Notes under the pieces: model-generated
Told to the model about the DNA's origin: nothing
What the model saw: only the letters and a program-made list of their open reading frames with translations
Databases searched by the model: none
Shown: positions 1 through 9,218 of the stretch, one piece after another
Numbering within the stretch: the first letter of the stretch is position 1
Layout of the letters: the number at the start of each line of letters is the position of its first letter
Made by a program: the position numbers and the translations under genes
Assembly (NCBI GenBank): GCA_020721645.1
Contig: DYMH01000005.1
Span: 1-50,944 of the forward strand
Length of the DNA stretch: 50,944 bases
Direction: 5' to 3'
From: Draconibacterium orientale
GTDB lineage: Bacteria > Bacteroidota > Bacteroidia > Bacteroidales > JAADGE01

Positions 1-165
1 TTACAATAAGATACAAATTTTACAAACTATATAGGTAATAATCGGGATAAGCATTATATTTATTTAGTGAAATTTTCACCCGAAATCCTAAATATGAAAA
101 AAAATATCAAATTGATTTTTTTTATCATAAATTTTTAGTATATTCGAGATTATATATTAAAAAAA

Positions 166-840
166 ATGAAAGAAATCTTTGAATCGTCATTTTCCGGTAT
201 CAACTTGATTCCCACCATACTGTTGGTTTTAGTTATTTTGTATTGGATAACCGTTTTTCTTGGACTTTTAGATACAAGCTCACTTGATGTCGATATTGAT
301 TCGCACGCACATCTCGATTTCGATAACGATAACGATTTCGATACTGACTCGCACCTACAAGGACCAGAAGGCATTGCCGGAGGGCCGAATTTCATTGTAA
401 AAACCCTCCTGTTTTTCAATATCGGAAAAATTCCGTTCATGATACTGTTCAGTTTCATTGCTTTGCCGCTTTGGGTGATTTCACTTCTGATAAATCATAT
501 TTTACACAACAATTCAATCATAGTTTCAATGCTTTTTCTATTACCGGAAATTGTTGTAAGTATGATGATTGCAAAAATTATTACAATACCATTGGTTTCA
601 GTATTTCAAAAAATGGATGTCGAAACCGGCCAATTTGAAGATTTTACCGGAAAAACCGCCGTCGTTAAAATAGCTGTCGATAAAGATCGAGACGGACAAG
701 TTGAACTCACTCGCAACAACTCCAACGTTTTGCTCATTGCCCGCTCTGTAAATGAAACCATAAACGCAGGAGAACACGTTTTAATTATCGAATACAACAA
801 AGAAGAAAAATATTACACTGTCGAACCCTTCAAAATCTAA
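166..840 (+). CDS. NfeD-like membrane protein (YqiJ-type), partner of flotillin
   Basis: N-terminal multi-TM segment, acidic D/N-rich linker and C-terminal OB-fold-like soluble domain (TGKTAVVKIAVDKDRDGQVEL...). Its stop lies 4 bp from the flotillin start. The NfeD-SPFH pairing is a well-established operon pattern. Confidence 0.65.
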   Translation: MKEIFESSFSGINLIPTILLVLVILYWITVFLGLLDTSSLDVDIDSHAHLDFDNDNDFDTDSHLQGPEGIAGGPNFIVKTLLFFNIGKIPFMILFSFIALPLWVISLLINHILHNNSIIVSMLFLLPEIVVSMMIAKIITIPLVSVFQKMDVETGQFEDFTGKTAVVKIAVDKDRDGQVELTRNNSNVLLIARSVNETINAGEHVLIIEYNKEEKYYTVEPFKI

Positions 841-844
841 AACC

Positions 845-3283
845 ATGATTGGAACACTTTTATTTATCGGAAACATTTTAAGCATTGCAGCTATTATTGT
901 CGCAGTCTTTCTGTTAGGTTTCATTGCTTTAATTGTAAAATGGTACAAAAAACCAATTCACGGCAAAGCATTAGTCAGAACCGGACAAGGCGGAACAAAA
1001 ATTACTTTTGAAAAAGGATTTTTTGTTATTCCTGTTCTGCACCGATTGGAAATTATGGACATCACCCTAAAGAACATGACCATTTCTCGTCTCGGAGTCG
1101 ATGGCTTAATTTGCAAAGATAATATTCGTGCCGATATCAAAGTCGCTTTCTTTGTGCGTGTCAATAACACATTGGAAGATGCTAAAAATGTGGCTTTTGC
1201 AATAGGATGCGAACGCGCTTCGGCAAAAGAAACTCTCGAAGGACTTTTTGAATCCAAATTTTCGGAAGCTTTGAAAACCGTCGGAAAACGATTCGATTTC
1301 GCCGATTTATACAACCAACGCGACGAATTTAAAAAAGAAATCCTCACACTTCTGGGCAGAAATCTTAACGGATATTTGCTCGACGATTGTGCAATTGATT
1401 ATCTGGAACAAACACCTCTCGAATCGATGAAAGAACGCAATATTTTGGATGCCGAAGGGATAAAAAAGATCATCGAACTCACATCGACACAACAAATTAA
1501 AGCAAATTTTATTGAGAATGAAAAACAAAAAACAATAAAAAAACAAGATGTTGAAGCACGCGAAATAATTCTCACTTACGAACGTCAATTAGCCGAAAAA
1601 GAAGAAACACAAAAACGTGAAATCGCCAATATCAAAGACAAAGAAAAAGCATTGACAATAAAAGTAACTGAAGAACAACGCGAAATCAGCGAAAAATCAA
1701 GAATATCAGCCCAAGAAGCAATCGAAATCGCACAACAAAACAAAGAACGACAGGTGATTGTTGCCACTTGGAACAAAGACAAAACCGACAAAGAAGAACT
1801 GGAAAAGACTGAAAAAGCGAAGATGCTACAAGTAACGGAACGCGAAAAAGTGATTTCTCTCGCTCAAATTGAAAAAGATAAGGCAATTGAAATCGAAAAA
1901 GCAAAAATTCAGGAAATTATCCGCGACCGAGTCAAAGTTCAAAAAGACGTGGTGATTGAAGAACAAAAAATAAAAGACACCGAAGAATTTGCCACTGCCG
2001 ACCGCGAAAAACGAGTTGCAATTACAAATGCCGAAATGATAGCCGAACAAGCACTCGTTAAACAAATAAAAAACGCCGAAGCAAATAGAAAGGCGACTGA
2101 AATTGACGGAGAAGCCTCCAGAATTGCCGCCGAATACAAAGCAAAACAAAAAATCATAGAAGCCGAAGCTGCATTTTCGGCATCGGGCAAAGAAGCTGAC
2201 GCTATAAAAGTTCTTGCAGAAGCCGAAGCCGCCAAAGAATCGGCACAAGGAAAATCTGAAGCACAAGTGATCGAAGCAAAGGCAATTGCTAATTTAAAAG
2301 ACGGCGAAACAAATGCCAAAATTATTGAAATGGAAGCAATAGCCGAAGCCAAAGGAATTGAAGCAAAAGCAATTGCAAAATCGAAAGAAATCACACTTGT
2401 TACAACAGCCGAAGCAGAAGCTCATTTACAAACCGGTCAAGCAGAAGCAAAAGTTATTGAAACAAAAGGATTTGCCGAAGCCGAAGCTCTCAACAAAAAA
2501 GGCGAAGCCGAAGCTAATATTCTGAAACAAAGAGGATTGTCCGAAGCTCATATTATCAATGTAAAAGCTGAAGCAAACGAAAAACAAGGTTTAGCCGAAG
2601 CAAAAGTAATACAAGAAAAACTGCTCGCCGAAGCAAAAGGTATCGACGAAAAAGCCGTTGCTATGAAAAAACTCGAAGGCATGGGCAAAGAACACGAAGA
2701 ATTTAAACTGAAACTGCAAAAAGATAAGGACGTTGAATTGGCTCAAATCAATATCTGGAAAGACATTGCAGATGCTCAGGCAACCGTAATTTCAGAAGCT
2801 TTGAAATCTGCAAAAATCGACATTGTGGGCGGCGAAACAATGTTCTTCGATAAAATTATCGGCTCAATTACACGAGGAAAAAGCTTGGATAATTTAGTCG
2901 GAAATTCGGAAGTCCTCACTTCGGTAAAAGACCGATTTCTGCCCAATAAAAAAAATGAAAATAGCATTTCACAAAACGAAAAAATATCAACAAAAAGAAT
3001 TGAAACACCAAAAATTGAAGAAAAAAATAATTCTGAATTTTTAGATGATCAAGATGATTTGGACGAAAAACTCAGTAAAACCGAGCAGAAAATCAAAAAT
3101 ATCATCGACCAATACAAATTTCTAATAGACGGCGTTACCGATATGACAATAATTGATGTGCTTGAAACCTTGATTTCTAAATTACCCGATGTGGACACTC
3201 GTAACATTGTTAAAGGATTGATTCATAAAGCAAAAAATGCAGGAATCGGCGATTTATTAGTTAAAAGTTTGGGAATAAAATGA
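845..3283 (+). CDS. Flotillin-like SPFH/band-7 protein (YqiK family), 812 aa with long Ala/Glu-rich coiled-coil tail
   Basis: N-terminal TM helix followed by an SPFH domain (PVLHRLEIMDITLKNMTISRLGVDGLICKDNIRADIKVAFFVRV). Extended EA-repeat coiled coil typical of flotillins. Cotranscribed with the NfeD-like gene. Confidence 0.85.
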   Translation: MIGTLLFIGNILSIAAIIVAVFLLGFIALIVKWYKKPIHGKALVRTGQGGTKITFEKGFFVIPVLHRLEIMDITLKNMTISRLGVDGLICKDNIRADIKVAFFVRVNNTLEDAKNVAFAIGCERASAKETLEGLFESKFSEALKTVGKRFDFADLYNQRDEFKKEILTLLGRNLNGYLLDDCAIDYLEQTPLESMKERNILDAEGIKKIIELTSTQQIKANFIENEKQKTIKKQDVEAREIILTYERQLAEKEETQKREIANIKDKEKALTIKVTEEQREISEKSRISAQEAIEIAQQNKERQVIVATWNKDKTDKEELEKTEKAKMLQVTEREKVISLAQIEKDKAIEIEKAKIQEIIRDRVKVQKDVVIEEQKIKDTEEFATADREKRVAITNAEMIAEQALVKQIKNAEANRKATEIDGEASRIAAEYKAKQKIIEAEAAFSASGKEADAIKVLAEAEAAKESAQGKSEAQVIEAKAIANLKDGETNAKIIEMEAIAEAKGIEAKAIAKSKEITLVTTAEAEAHLQTGQAEAKVIETKGFAEAEALNKKGEAEANILKQRGLSEAHIINVKAEANEKQGLAEAKVIQEKLLAEAKGIDEKAVAMKKLEGMGKEHEEFKLKLQKDKDVELAQINIWKDIADAQATVISEALKSAKIDIVGGETMFFDKIIGSITRGKSLDNLVGNSEVLTSVKDRFLPNKKNENSISQNEKISTKRIETPKIEEKNNSEFLDDQDDLDEKLSKTEQKIKNIIDQYKFLIDGVTDMTIIDVLETLISKLPDVDTRNIVKGLIHKAKNAGIGDLLVKSLGIK

Positions 3284-3292
3284 TTTTTTTTT

Positions 3293-3330
3293 GCGAGAAA
3301 CATATAAATCAGTTTCTCGCATTTTTTTTA
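3293..3330 (+). terminator. Intrinsic terminator after the flotillin gene
   Basis: Hairpin gcgagaaac-N10-gtttctcgc followed by an 8-nt T-run. Confidence 0.6.
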
Positions 3331-3376
3331 TTCTTTACAAATCATTTATAAATTCCAATTTTAAAGCATCACTAAA

Positions 3377-6300
3377 ATGCCTGAAAATACGGAAACAGTT
3401 ACTTCCGAAAATAACACAAAAATCGAACTCGAAGCCGGAACCTACGAAATTATTCGTAAGCGTTTGGATAAATACGGCAACGAGCTAAGCGACAAATTTA
3501 GTTTGCTCAACAACGAACGCCGAAAAGTTTTCGGCTCTGCCGATGCTGCACTCATTGCAACCGAACGAATCATCACCGAAAACAACTGCATTCCGTCCGA
3601 TATGCAACAAGTGGGCAATATGTTCATTTTCGCTTACAATGTTTCGGTTCGCAAAAAAGAAATTGCCGCAGATGATGTTTTTAGTATCTATTCCTACCAA
3701 AATCACACATTTAAAAAAGAACCGCTCGATTTAATTTCCGATACAAGTTTTTTAACAGATTTTGCCGATTTATACAAATATCGCGAAAGCACACGATTTG
3801 TTAAATTTTCAGTTATCGGAATACATTTGTTCATGCTCTTTCGCACCGGAAGCGGTGATACCGACATCAAAGCCTTCAAATGGATAATCGACGGCAATCG
3901 ACTTCGATATGTTGATAACCGAAGCGACCACGAATTTCGTTTCCCCGCACAACACGAATTTTCGTGGACCAAAGCCACACGCGAAATGCACATCACGGGA
4001 AAGCACCCGCATGTTTCAATCGAAAACATTCTTTTTGTGGAAACAGTCGGAGGCGATTTAACAATTAAAGCCGAAAACAATACCGAAACCGGCAGCGGCG
4101 TATATGCCGAACCTGTTGAAAATGCCGACCAAACGCTCGACGATGCCGAATTTTTCTATTCCGTTCTCGGAAATATTATCATTCTAAAAATTCGTCCGTT
4201 CAAAGAAATAGATTACCGCTACATTGTTTACAGCTCCAAAACGAAAAGTGCCGTTCGTATTGATGCAATCAAAGACGCTTGCGTTTTATTGCCCGACAAT
4301 CAGGGAATTATTTTCTCGAACGGATATTATTTGCAAACCGGCGATTTTAAGTTTTTTGAAAATAATTTAAAAAACCTTGTTTTTGAAAAACGAATCGACT
4401 CGCCCAACGGCGAAGACTATATTTACACGTTTTACGAGCGAAACACCCGCTCTTATGTCTTGTTGAAATATAATTTGATAGAACAAAAACTCGACACCCC
4501 GATTATTTGCAACGGATTTTCGATTTTCGAGAACGGAGAAATGTGCAATTTTCGCAGCGACGGCGAGGCAAAGAAACACCATGTAGTTCAAATTTGGCGT
4601 ACAACGTTTTACAGTGCCGATTACGACACGGTTGTCGATAAAACATCGTATCTTTTTAAAATCGGAAACAAAGAACTCGTTAAAGGAATTGCCGAATGTC
4701 GCGAGGTGATTACTTTGCTTGCCAAAGACGATTCTTACACCAATTTGTATATCGAATTGGTACGAAAAACCTCGCAAATTCTCGACAATTATTATTGGAT
4801 TTCGCGAACGGAAACTTTTGAACTCAATATTTCGATTTCGGCAGTGAAAGAAGCCGCCGCTTCGGCAATAGATGAATACGAAAAGGTTGCTAAAATCAAA
4901 AAAAACACCTTACTGCAAACACAAAAAATTACCGGCGAAGCCGACAAACTGTTTGCGGAAATCAAGAACAAAAGTCTTCAAAATATCGAAGATTTTGTTC
5001 AATTGCTTTCACGATTGCGAATTATCAGAGGCGAATTAATTTCTTTAATACAATTAAGATATATCAATATTGAATCGGTTGAAAAATACGAAAAATCTGC
5101 CGCCGATTACAACAACCTGCTTTCGGAATCGTGCGTGGCTTTTTTGCTCGAAGAAACCGCCCTGAATCCGTACAAAGAAAAAGTAAATTTGATTCGAGAA
5201 AATACCGAAAAAATATCAAAAGTTACCGATGCCGATGATCTTGAAAAAGAAATCGGAAAAGTATCTTCGGAACTCGAAATGTTGATAGAAATTGTCAGCA
5301 ATCTGAAAATAAAAGATGCCGTTCAAACAGCCAAAATTATCGACACAATTTCGTCTATATATTCCAATTTCAACAAGATAAAAGCCGATTTGAAACGCAA
5401 AAGAGATGAGCTTTTTTTGCTTGAAGGAAAAGCCGAATTTTCATCGCAAATCAAACTCATTGGGCAAGCCGTTGTAAATTATCTTGATTTGTGTGATGCT
5501 CCCGAAAAAACCGATGAATATCTCACCAAACTGTTGGTTCAAATCGAAGAATTGGAAGGAAAATTTACCGAATTCGACGAATTTGTGAACGAAATAGGCA
5601 TCAAACGCGAAGAAATTCTCGATGCCTTTGAACAACGAAAAATTCAACTCACCGAAAAACGCAGCAAACGCACCGACACCCTCAAACAATCTGCCGAACG
5701 CATTCTTAAAGCCGTTTCCGGACGATTGGCAAAACTCGGATCCGAATCGGAAATCAACGGATATTTTGCTTCGGATATCATGGTAGATAAGGTTCGCGAC
5801 ATCGTTAAAGAATTGTTCGAACTGGGCGACAATGTGAAAGCCGATGATATCCAAAGCAAGTTGAAAACCGCCAAAGAAGATGCTTTTCGGCAGTTGCGCG
5901 ACAAAGTCGATTTATTTGTCGAAGGTGAAGATGTCATTAAATTCGGTCGTCATAATTTCACGGTAAATAAGCAACCGCTGGCATTGACTATGGTCAATCG
6001 CGGCGAAGATATGTTTATTCATCTTTCCGGAACCGGATTTTACGAACGTGTAGAAAACGAAGAATTTTATCAATTGCACGAATTTTGGGCTCAAAATATC
6101 ATTTCGGAAAACGACACCGTCTATCGCTCCGAATATTTGGCATATAAATTTTTAAACGAACAAATAGAAAATAACGAGTCTAAAATCGACGAACTTTTCA
6201 AAGCCGAAGACGCGAAACTTGCCGAAATGCTGCAAAATTTCATGTCGGTTCGTTATTCCGAAGGATACGAAAAGGGCGTTCACGACAGCGATGCTTTGGT

Positions 6301-8266
6301 AATTCTAAAATCATTAATCGAAATTCGTAAAAATGCCGATTTACTTCGATACTCTTCAAAGTCGAGAGCCGCCGCCGAATTATGGTTCAAAGAATTTGCA
6401 CCCAAAGAACAAAAAGAACTTTTGCATGCCCGCCTTCAAGGGATTGGTGCAATTTTAGAATCATTTCCCGGAAGCAATAACTTTAATGACATAAAAAAAC
6501 AGATTGAAAATCAGATTCTTGATTTCACAGTAAAAACAAATATTTTTTCCGGTGATATTGCCGAAGAAGCCGCAGAATATCTGTTTGCCGAATTAACAAG
6601 ATCCGATGTTTTTGTTTTAAACAGCATCGCTTCAAAATTATACACCGATTTCAACGATTTTCTGAAAATCAACTCAAAAACAACATCTTTTAAAACATCA
6701 ACCGACAAACTTAAATCAAATCCGGAAGCCCGATATTTATTGATTAGAGAATGGATAAAAGCCTTCGCCTCCATATCCGACGACAAATCGGTTTTATCAT
6801 ATATCGATGAAGTTGCCGTTACTGTTTTCACAAAATCCTTTGAATCAAAACGCTGTTTAGATGTTACATTGCAAGTGGATTTGGTCGGATTGGAAGGAAA
6901 TCACTCATTAATATCTGATAAAAAATATCATCTGAATTTCAACGAATTTATGCGTCGTTTGAAATATTTCGACACTCAAAAAGTAGTCGGATACAAGAAA
7001 TACACCGAACTTAAAAAACAACTCACCGAAAGTTTTGAAAACGAATTGCGATTGAACGAATTTAAACCTCGCGTAATGAGTTCTTTTGTGCGCAATCGTT
7101 TGATTGATAAAGTATATTTGCCGCTTATCGGAACCAATTTGGCAAAACAAATAGGTACGGCAGGCGAACAAAAGCGAACGGATTTGATGGGTATGTTGTT
7201 GCTGATTTCGCCGCCGGGTTACGGAAAAACTACTTTGATGGAATACATCGCCAATCGGCTCGGAATTATTTTCATTAAAATCAACGGTCCGGCTTTGGGG
7301 CACAGCGTTACTTCGGTCGATCCGCAGGAAGCTCCGAACGCCACCGCGCGCGAGGAATTGATGAAATTGAATTTGGCATTCGAAATCGGCGATAATGTAA
7401 TGATTTATGTTGATGATATTCAACATTGTCATCCCGAATTTTTGCAAAAATTCATCTCTTTGGCAGATGCTCAACGCAAGATAGAAGGAGTTTACAAAGG
7501 TCGAACGAAAACCTACGATTTCAGAGGGAAAAAAGTGTGTATCATCATGGCGGGAAATCCATATACCGAAAGCGGCGATGTGTTCAAAATTCCGGATATG
7601 CTCGCAAACCGTGCCGACATCTATAATTTGGGTGATATTTTGGGCGACAGTCGTGAAGAGTTTTTGATGAGTTATATCGAAAACAGCCTTACATCGAACA
7701 CTGTTTTGAATCAATTGAGCGGAAAAAGCCGAAACGATGTTTACACTTTGATTGATATTGCACAAAACGGACAAAAAGAAGGCATTCAGTATGAAGCAAA
7801 TCACAGCTCGGAAGAAATTAAAGAATACTTGTCGGTTTTAGAGAAACTGCTGAAAATTCGCGAAATTGTCAATACCGTCAACCAACAATACATCTATTCT
7901 GCGGGGCAAGCCGAAGCATACCGAATCGAACCGCCCTTTAAACTTCAAGGCTCGTATCGCGACATGAACAAATTGTCGGAAAAAGTAATGCCTATTTTGA
8001 ACGATGCCGAATTGGAAACACTGATTCTGTCGCACTACGAAAACGAATCGCAAACGCTCACCTCCGGAGCCGAAGCCAATTTATTGAAATTCAAAAAAAT
8101 GACCAAGCGAATCACCGCCGAAGAAGACCAACGGTTTTCGGAAATTATTGCGATATATCAGAAAAACAAACAAACGGATTCCGGAAGCCCAATTGCCTTG
8201 ATTTCCAAGCAAATGGGAGCAATATCACAGGGTTTGGACGGAATTGTTGATGCATTGAAAAAATAA
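3377..8266 (+). CDS. Giant (1629 aa) coiled-coil protein with C-terminal MoxR/AAA_5-type P-loop ATPase domain; N-terminal about 1200 aa of unknown function
   Basis: Uninterrupted 4.9-kb ORF. Walker A LLLISPPGYGKTTL, Walker B IYVDDIQ and an AAA_5/MoxR-like sensor region VCIIMAGNPYTESGDVFKIPDMLANRADIY. Beta-rich N-terminal domain and long predicted coiled coils in the middle. Confidence 0.8.
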   Translation: MPENTETVTSENNTKIELEAGTYEIIRKRLDKYGNELSDKFSLLNNERRKVFGSADAALIATERIITENNCIPSDMQQVGNMFIFAYNVSVRKKEIAADDVFSIYSYQNHTFKKEPLDLISDTSFLTDFADLYKYRESTRFVKFSVIGIHLFMLFRTGSGDTDIKAFKWIIDGNRLRYVDNRSDHEFRFPAQHEFSWTKATREMHITGKHPHVSIENILFVETVGGDLTIKAENNTETGSGVYAEPVENADQTLDDAEFFYSVLGNIIILKIRPFKEIDYRYIVYSSKTKSAVRIDAIKDACVLLPDNQGIIFSNGYYLQTGDFKFFENNLKNLVFEKRIDSPNGEDYIYTFYERNTRSYVLLKYNLIEQKLDTPIICNGFSIFENGEMCNFRSDGEAKKHHVVQIWRTTFYSADYDTVVDKTSYLFKIGNKELVKGIAECREVITLLAKDDSYTNLYIELVRKTSQILDNYYWISRTETFELNISISAVKEAAASAIDEYEKVAKIKKNTLLQTQKITGEADKLFAEIKNKSLQNIEDFVQLLSRLRIIRGELISLIQLRYINIESVEKYEKSAADYNNLLSESCVAFLLEETALNPYKEKVNLIRENTEKISKVTDADDLEKEIGKVSSELEMLIEIVSNLKIKDAVQTAKIIDTISSIYSNFNKIKADLKRKRDELFLLEGKAEFSSQIKLIGQAVVNYLDLCDAPEKTDEYLTKLLVQIEELEGKFTEFDEFVNEIGIKREEILDAFEQRKIQLTEKRSKRTDTLKQSAERILKAVSGRLAKLGSESEINGYFASDIMVDKVRDIVKELFELGDNVKADDIQSKLKTAKEDAFRQLRDKVDLFVEGEDVIKFGRHNFTVNKQPLALTMVNRGEDMFIHLSGTGFYERVENEEFYQLHEFWAQNIISENDTVYRSEYLAYKFLNEQIENNESKIDELFKAEDAKLAEMLQNFMSVRYSEGYEKGVHDSDALVILKSLIEIRKNADLLRYSSKSRAAAELWFKEFAPKEQKELLHARLQGIGAILESFPGSNNFNDIKKQIENQILDFTVKTNIFSGDIAEEAAEYLFAELTRSDVFVLNSIASKLYTDFNDFLKINSKTTSFKTSTDKLKSNPEARYLLIREWIKAFASISDDKSVLSYIDEVAVTVFTKSFESKRCLDVTLQVDLVGLEGNHSLISDKKYHLNFNEFMRRLKYFDTQKVVGYKKYTELKKQLTESFENELRLNEFKPRVMSSFVRNRLIDKVYLPLIGTNLAKQIGTAGEQKRTDLMGMLLLISPPGYGKTTLMEYIANRLGIIFIKINGPALGHSVTSVDPQEAPNATAREELMKLNLAFEIGDNVMIYVDDIQHCHPEFLQKFISLADAQRKIEGVYKGRTKTYDFRGKKVCIIMAGNPYTESGDVFKIPDMLANRADIYNLGDILGDSREEFLMSYIENSLTSNTVLNQLSGKSRNDVYTLIDIAQNGQKEGIQYEANHSSEEIKEYLSVLEKLLKIREIVNTVNQQYIYSAGQAEAYRIEPPFKLQGSYRDMNKLSEKVMPILNDAELETLILSHYENESQTLTSGAEANLLKFKKMTKRITAEEDQRFSEIIAIYQKNKQTDSGSPIALISKQMGAISQGLDGIVDALKK

Positions 8267-8349
8267 TCTGAAAACATAGATTATGAAATCTTTCTCGCAT
8301 TGGGTTTTGTATATTTTATAAATTTAAAAAACATAAAACTTGTTTAGCA

Positions 8350-8544
8350 ATGAAAAAACTTATTTTCCTTTTCTTCGCCGCCTCAATGTTAGCTTGTGGA
8401 AATTCGCCCTGCGAAAAGAAAACCTGCAAAGATTTTAAAACACAAAAAGAGGCACAGAAAACCTATGAGTCTGATAAAGATTGTTACAAAAATCTCGACC
8501 GCGATAACGATGGCAGTGCCTGCGAAGATTTACCGAAGGAATAA
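8350..8544 (+). CDS. Small secreted lipoprotein with Excalibur-type Ca-binding motif
   Basis: Signal peptide ending in a lipobox-like LAC and a DRDNDGSACE (DxDxDGxxCE) motif. Followed by an intrinsic terminator. Confidence 0.6.
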   Translation: MKKLIFLFFAASMLACGNSPCEKKTCKDFKTQKEAQKTYESDKDCYKNLDRDNDGSACEDLPKE

Positions 8545-8548
8545 TTAA

Positions 8549-8574
8549 AGTCGGCAAAAATGCCGATTTTTTTA
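8549..8574 (+). terminator. Intrinsic terminator
   Basis: tcggca-aaaa-tgccga hairpin followed by a 7-nt T-run. Confidence 0.6.
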
Positions 8575-8812
8575 AGTGTCAATTTTTATTTTAATAATTC
8601 TGCTCAGTTATCTTTTAATTGTTACCCGGAATTATTAGGACGGATATTTGAGTAATTGGCAAATAATTATGATAACCTGAAAATTTGGCGACATTTGAAA
8701 TTTGTATATGCTGAGCACGGTCATAAATTATGTTTTACGATTTGTTTAACTATTTGATATTAAAAGCAATCAGCATAACAGCACATCAAAAAATCAACCA
8801 ATAAAAGTATAA

Positions 8813-8955
8813 TATTGTTAATGCTTATCCGCAAAGTCCCCTTAAAAAATTTCATTTATAAAACAGTAATTTTTTATACCGCTAATATGTTTATTGAATG
8901 TATGTTGCAAACTCTCCCTTAACAAAGGGGACCGGGGGTATTTTTATTCAACTTA
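8813..8955. repeat. About 145-bp intergenic repeat element, family 1, copy A. An inverted copy lies at 41641-41794.
   Basis: Near-identical over most of its length to the reverse complement of 41641-41794 (taatgcttatccgcaaagtcccc ... tgtatgttgcaaactc[t/c]ccctt..aagggg ... gggggtatttttattcaa). Contains an internal imperfect hairpin (ctcccttaacaaagggga). Confidence 0.7.
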
Positions 8956-9171
8956 TTAATGTCGGAAGTTTCGCAGTTTGTATATACGAGTCCGGTCTAA
9001 AAAGTATAAAGTTTGAAAGTGAAAAGTGCAAAATCGTTCATAATCAGTAATTTATGTAAAGATGTAAATTTGACTTAAAGTCCTTATTTTCAGTATTATA
9101 ACTTTATAAACTTTCTTCTTTATGACTTTTTAAACTGAACTCATTAATCGTTTTCCAAATTTGAACAATAA

Positions 9172-9207
9172 TAAAAAAAGTCGGCATTTCGCCGACTTTT
9201 TTTTTAT
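9172..9207. terminator. Bidirectional intrinsic terminator downstream of the EF-G paralog
   Basis: A-run, agtcggc-atttc-gccgact hairpin, then a 9-nt T-run. Confidence 0.65.
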
Positions 9208-9218
9208 TCAATTATCAA

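Noticed and set aside
958-2394. Several antisense ORFs (93-151 aa) inside the flotillin gene
   Set aside because: They are low-complexity Phe/Ser/Ala-rich translations of the reverse strand of the EA-repeat coding region. They are fully contained in a well-supported SPFH CDS.
2100-2700. Apparent DNA-level tandem repetition (gccgaagc...) in the flotillin gene
   Set aside because: This is the codon-level reflection of the Ala/Glu-rich coiled coil (AEAEAK...), not a non-coding repeat or a CRISPR-like array.
3291-3488. 65-aa + strand ORF spanning the flotillin terminator and the start of the giant ATPase gene
   Set aside because: It overlaps the terminator hairpin and is out of frame with the strongly supported 1629-aa ORF. 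It has no RBS context.
6908-7804. 298-aa antisense ORF inside the giant ATPase gene
   Set aside because: It lies on the opposite strand within the AAA+ domain-coding region. Its composition is Phe/Ile-rich, typical of reverse-frame artefacts in AT-rich genes.
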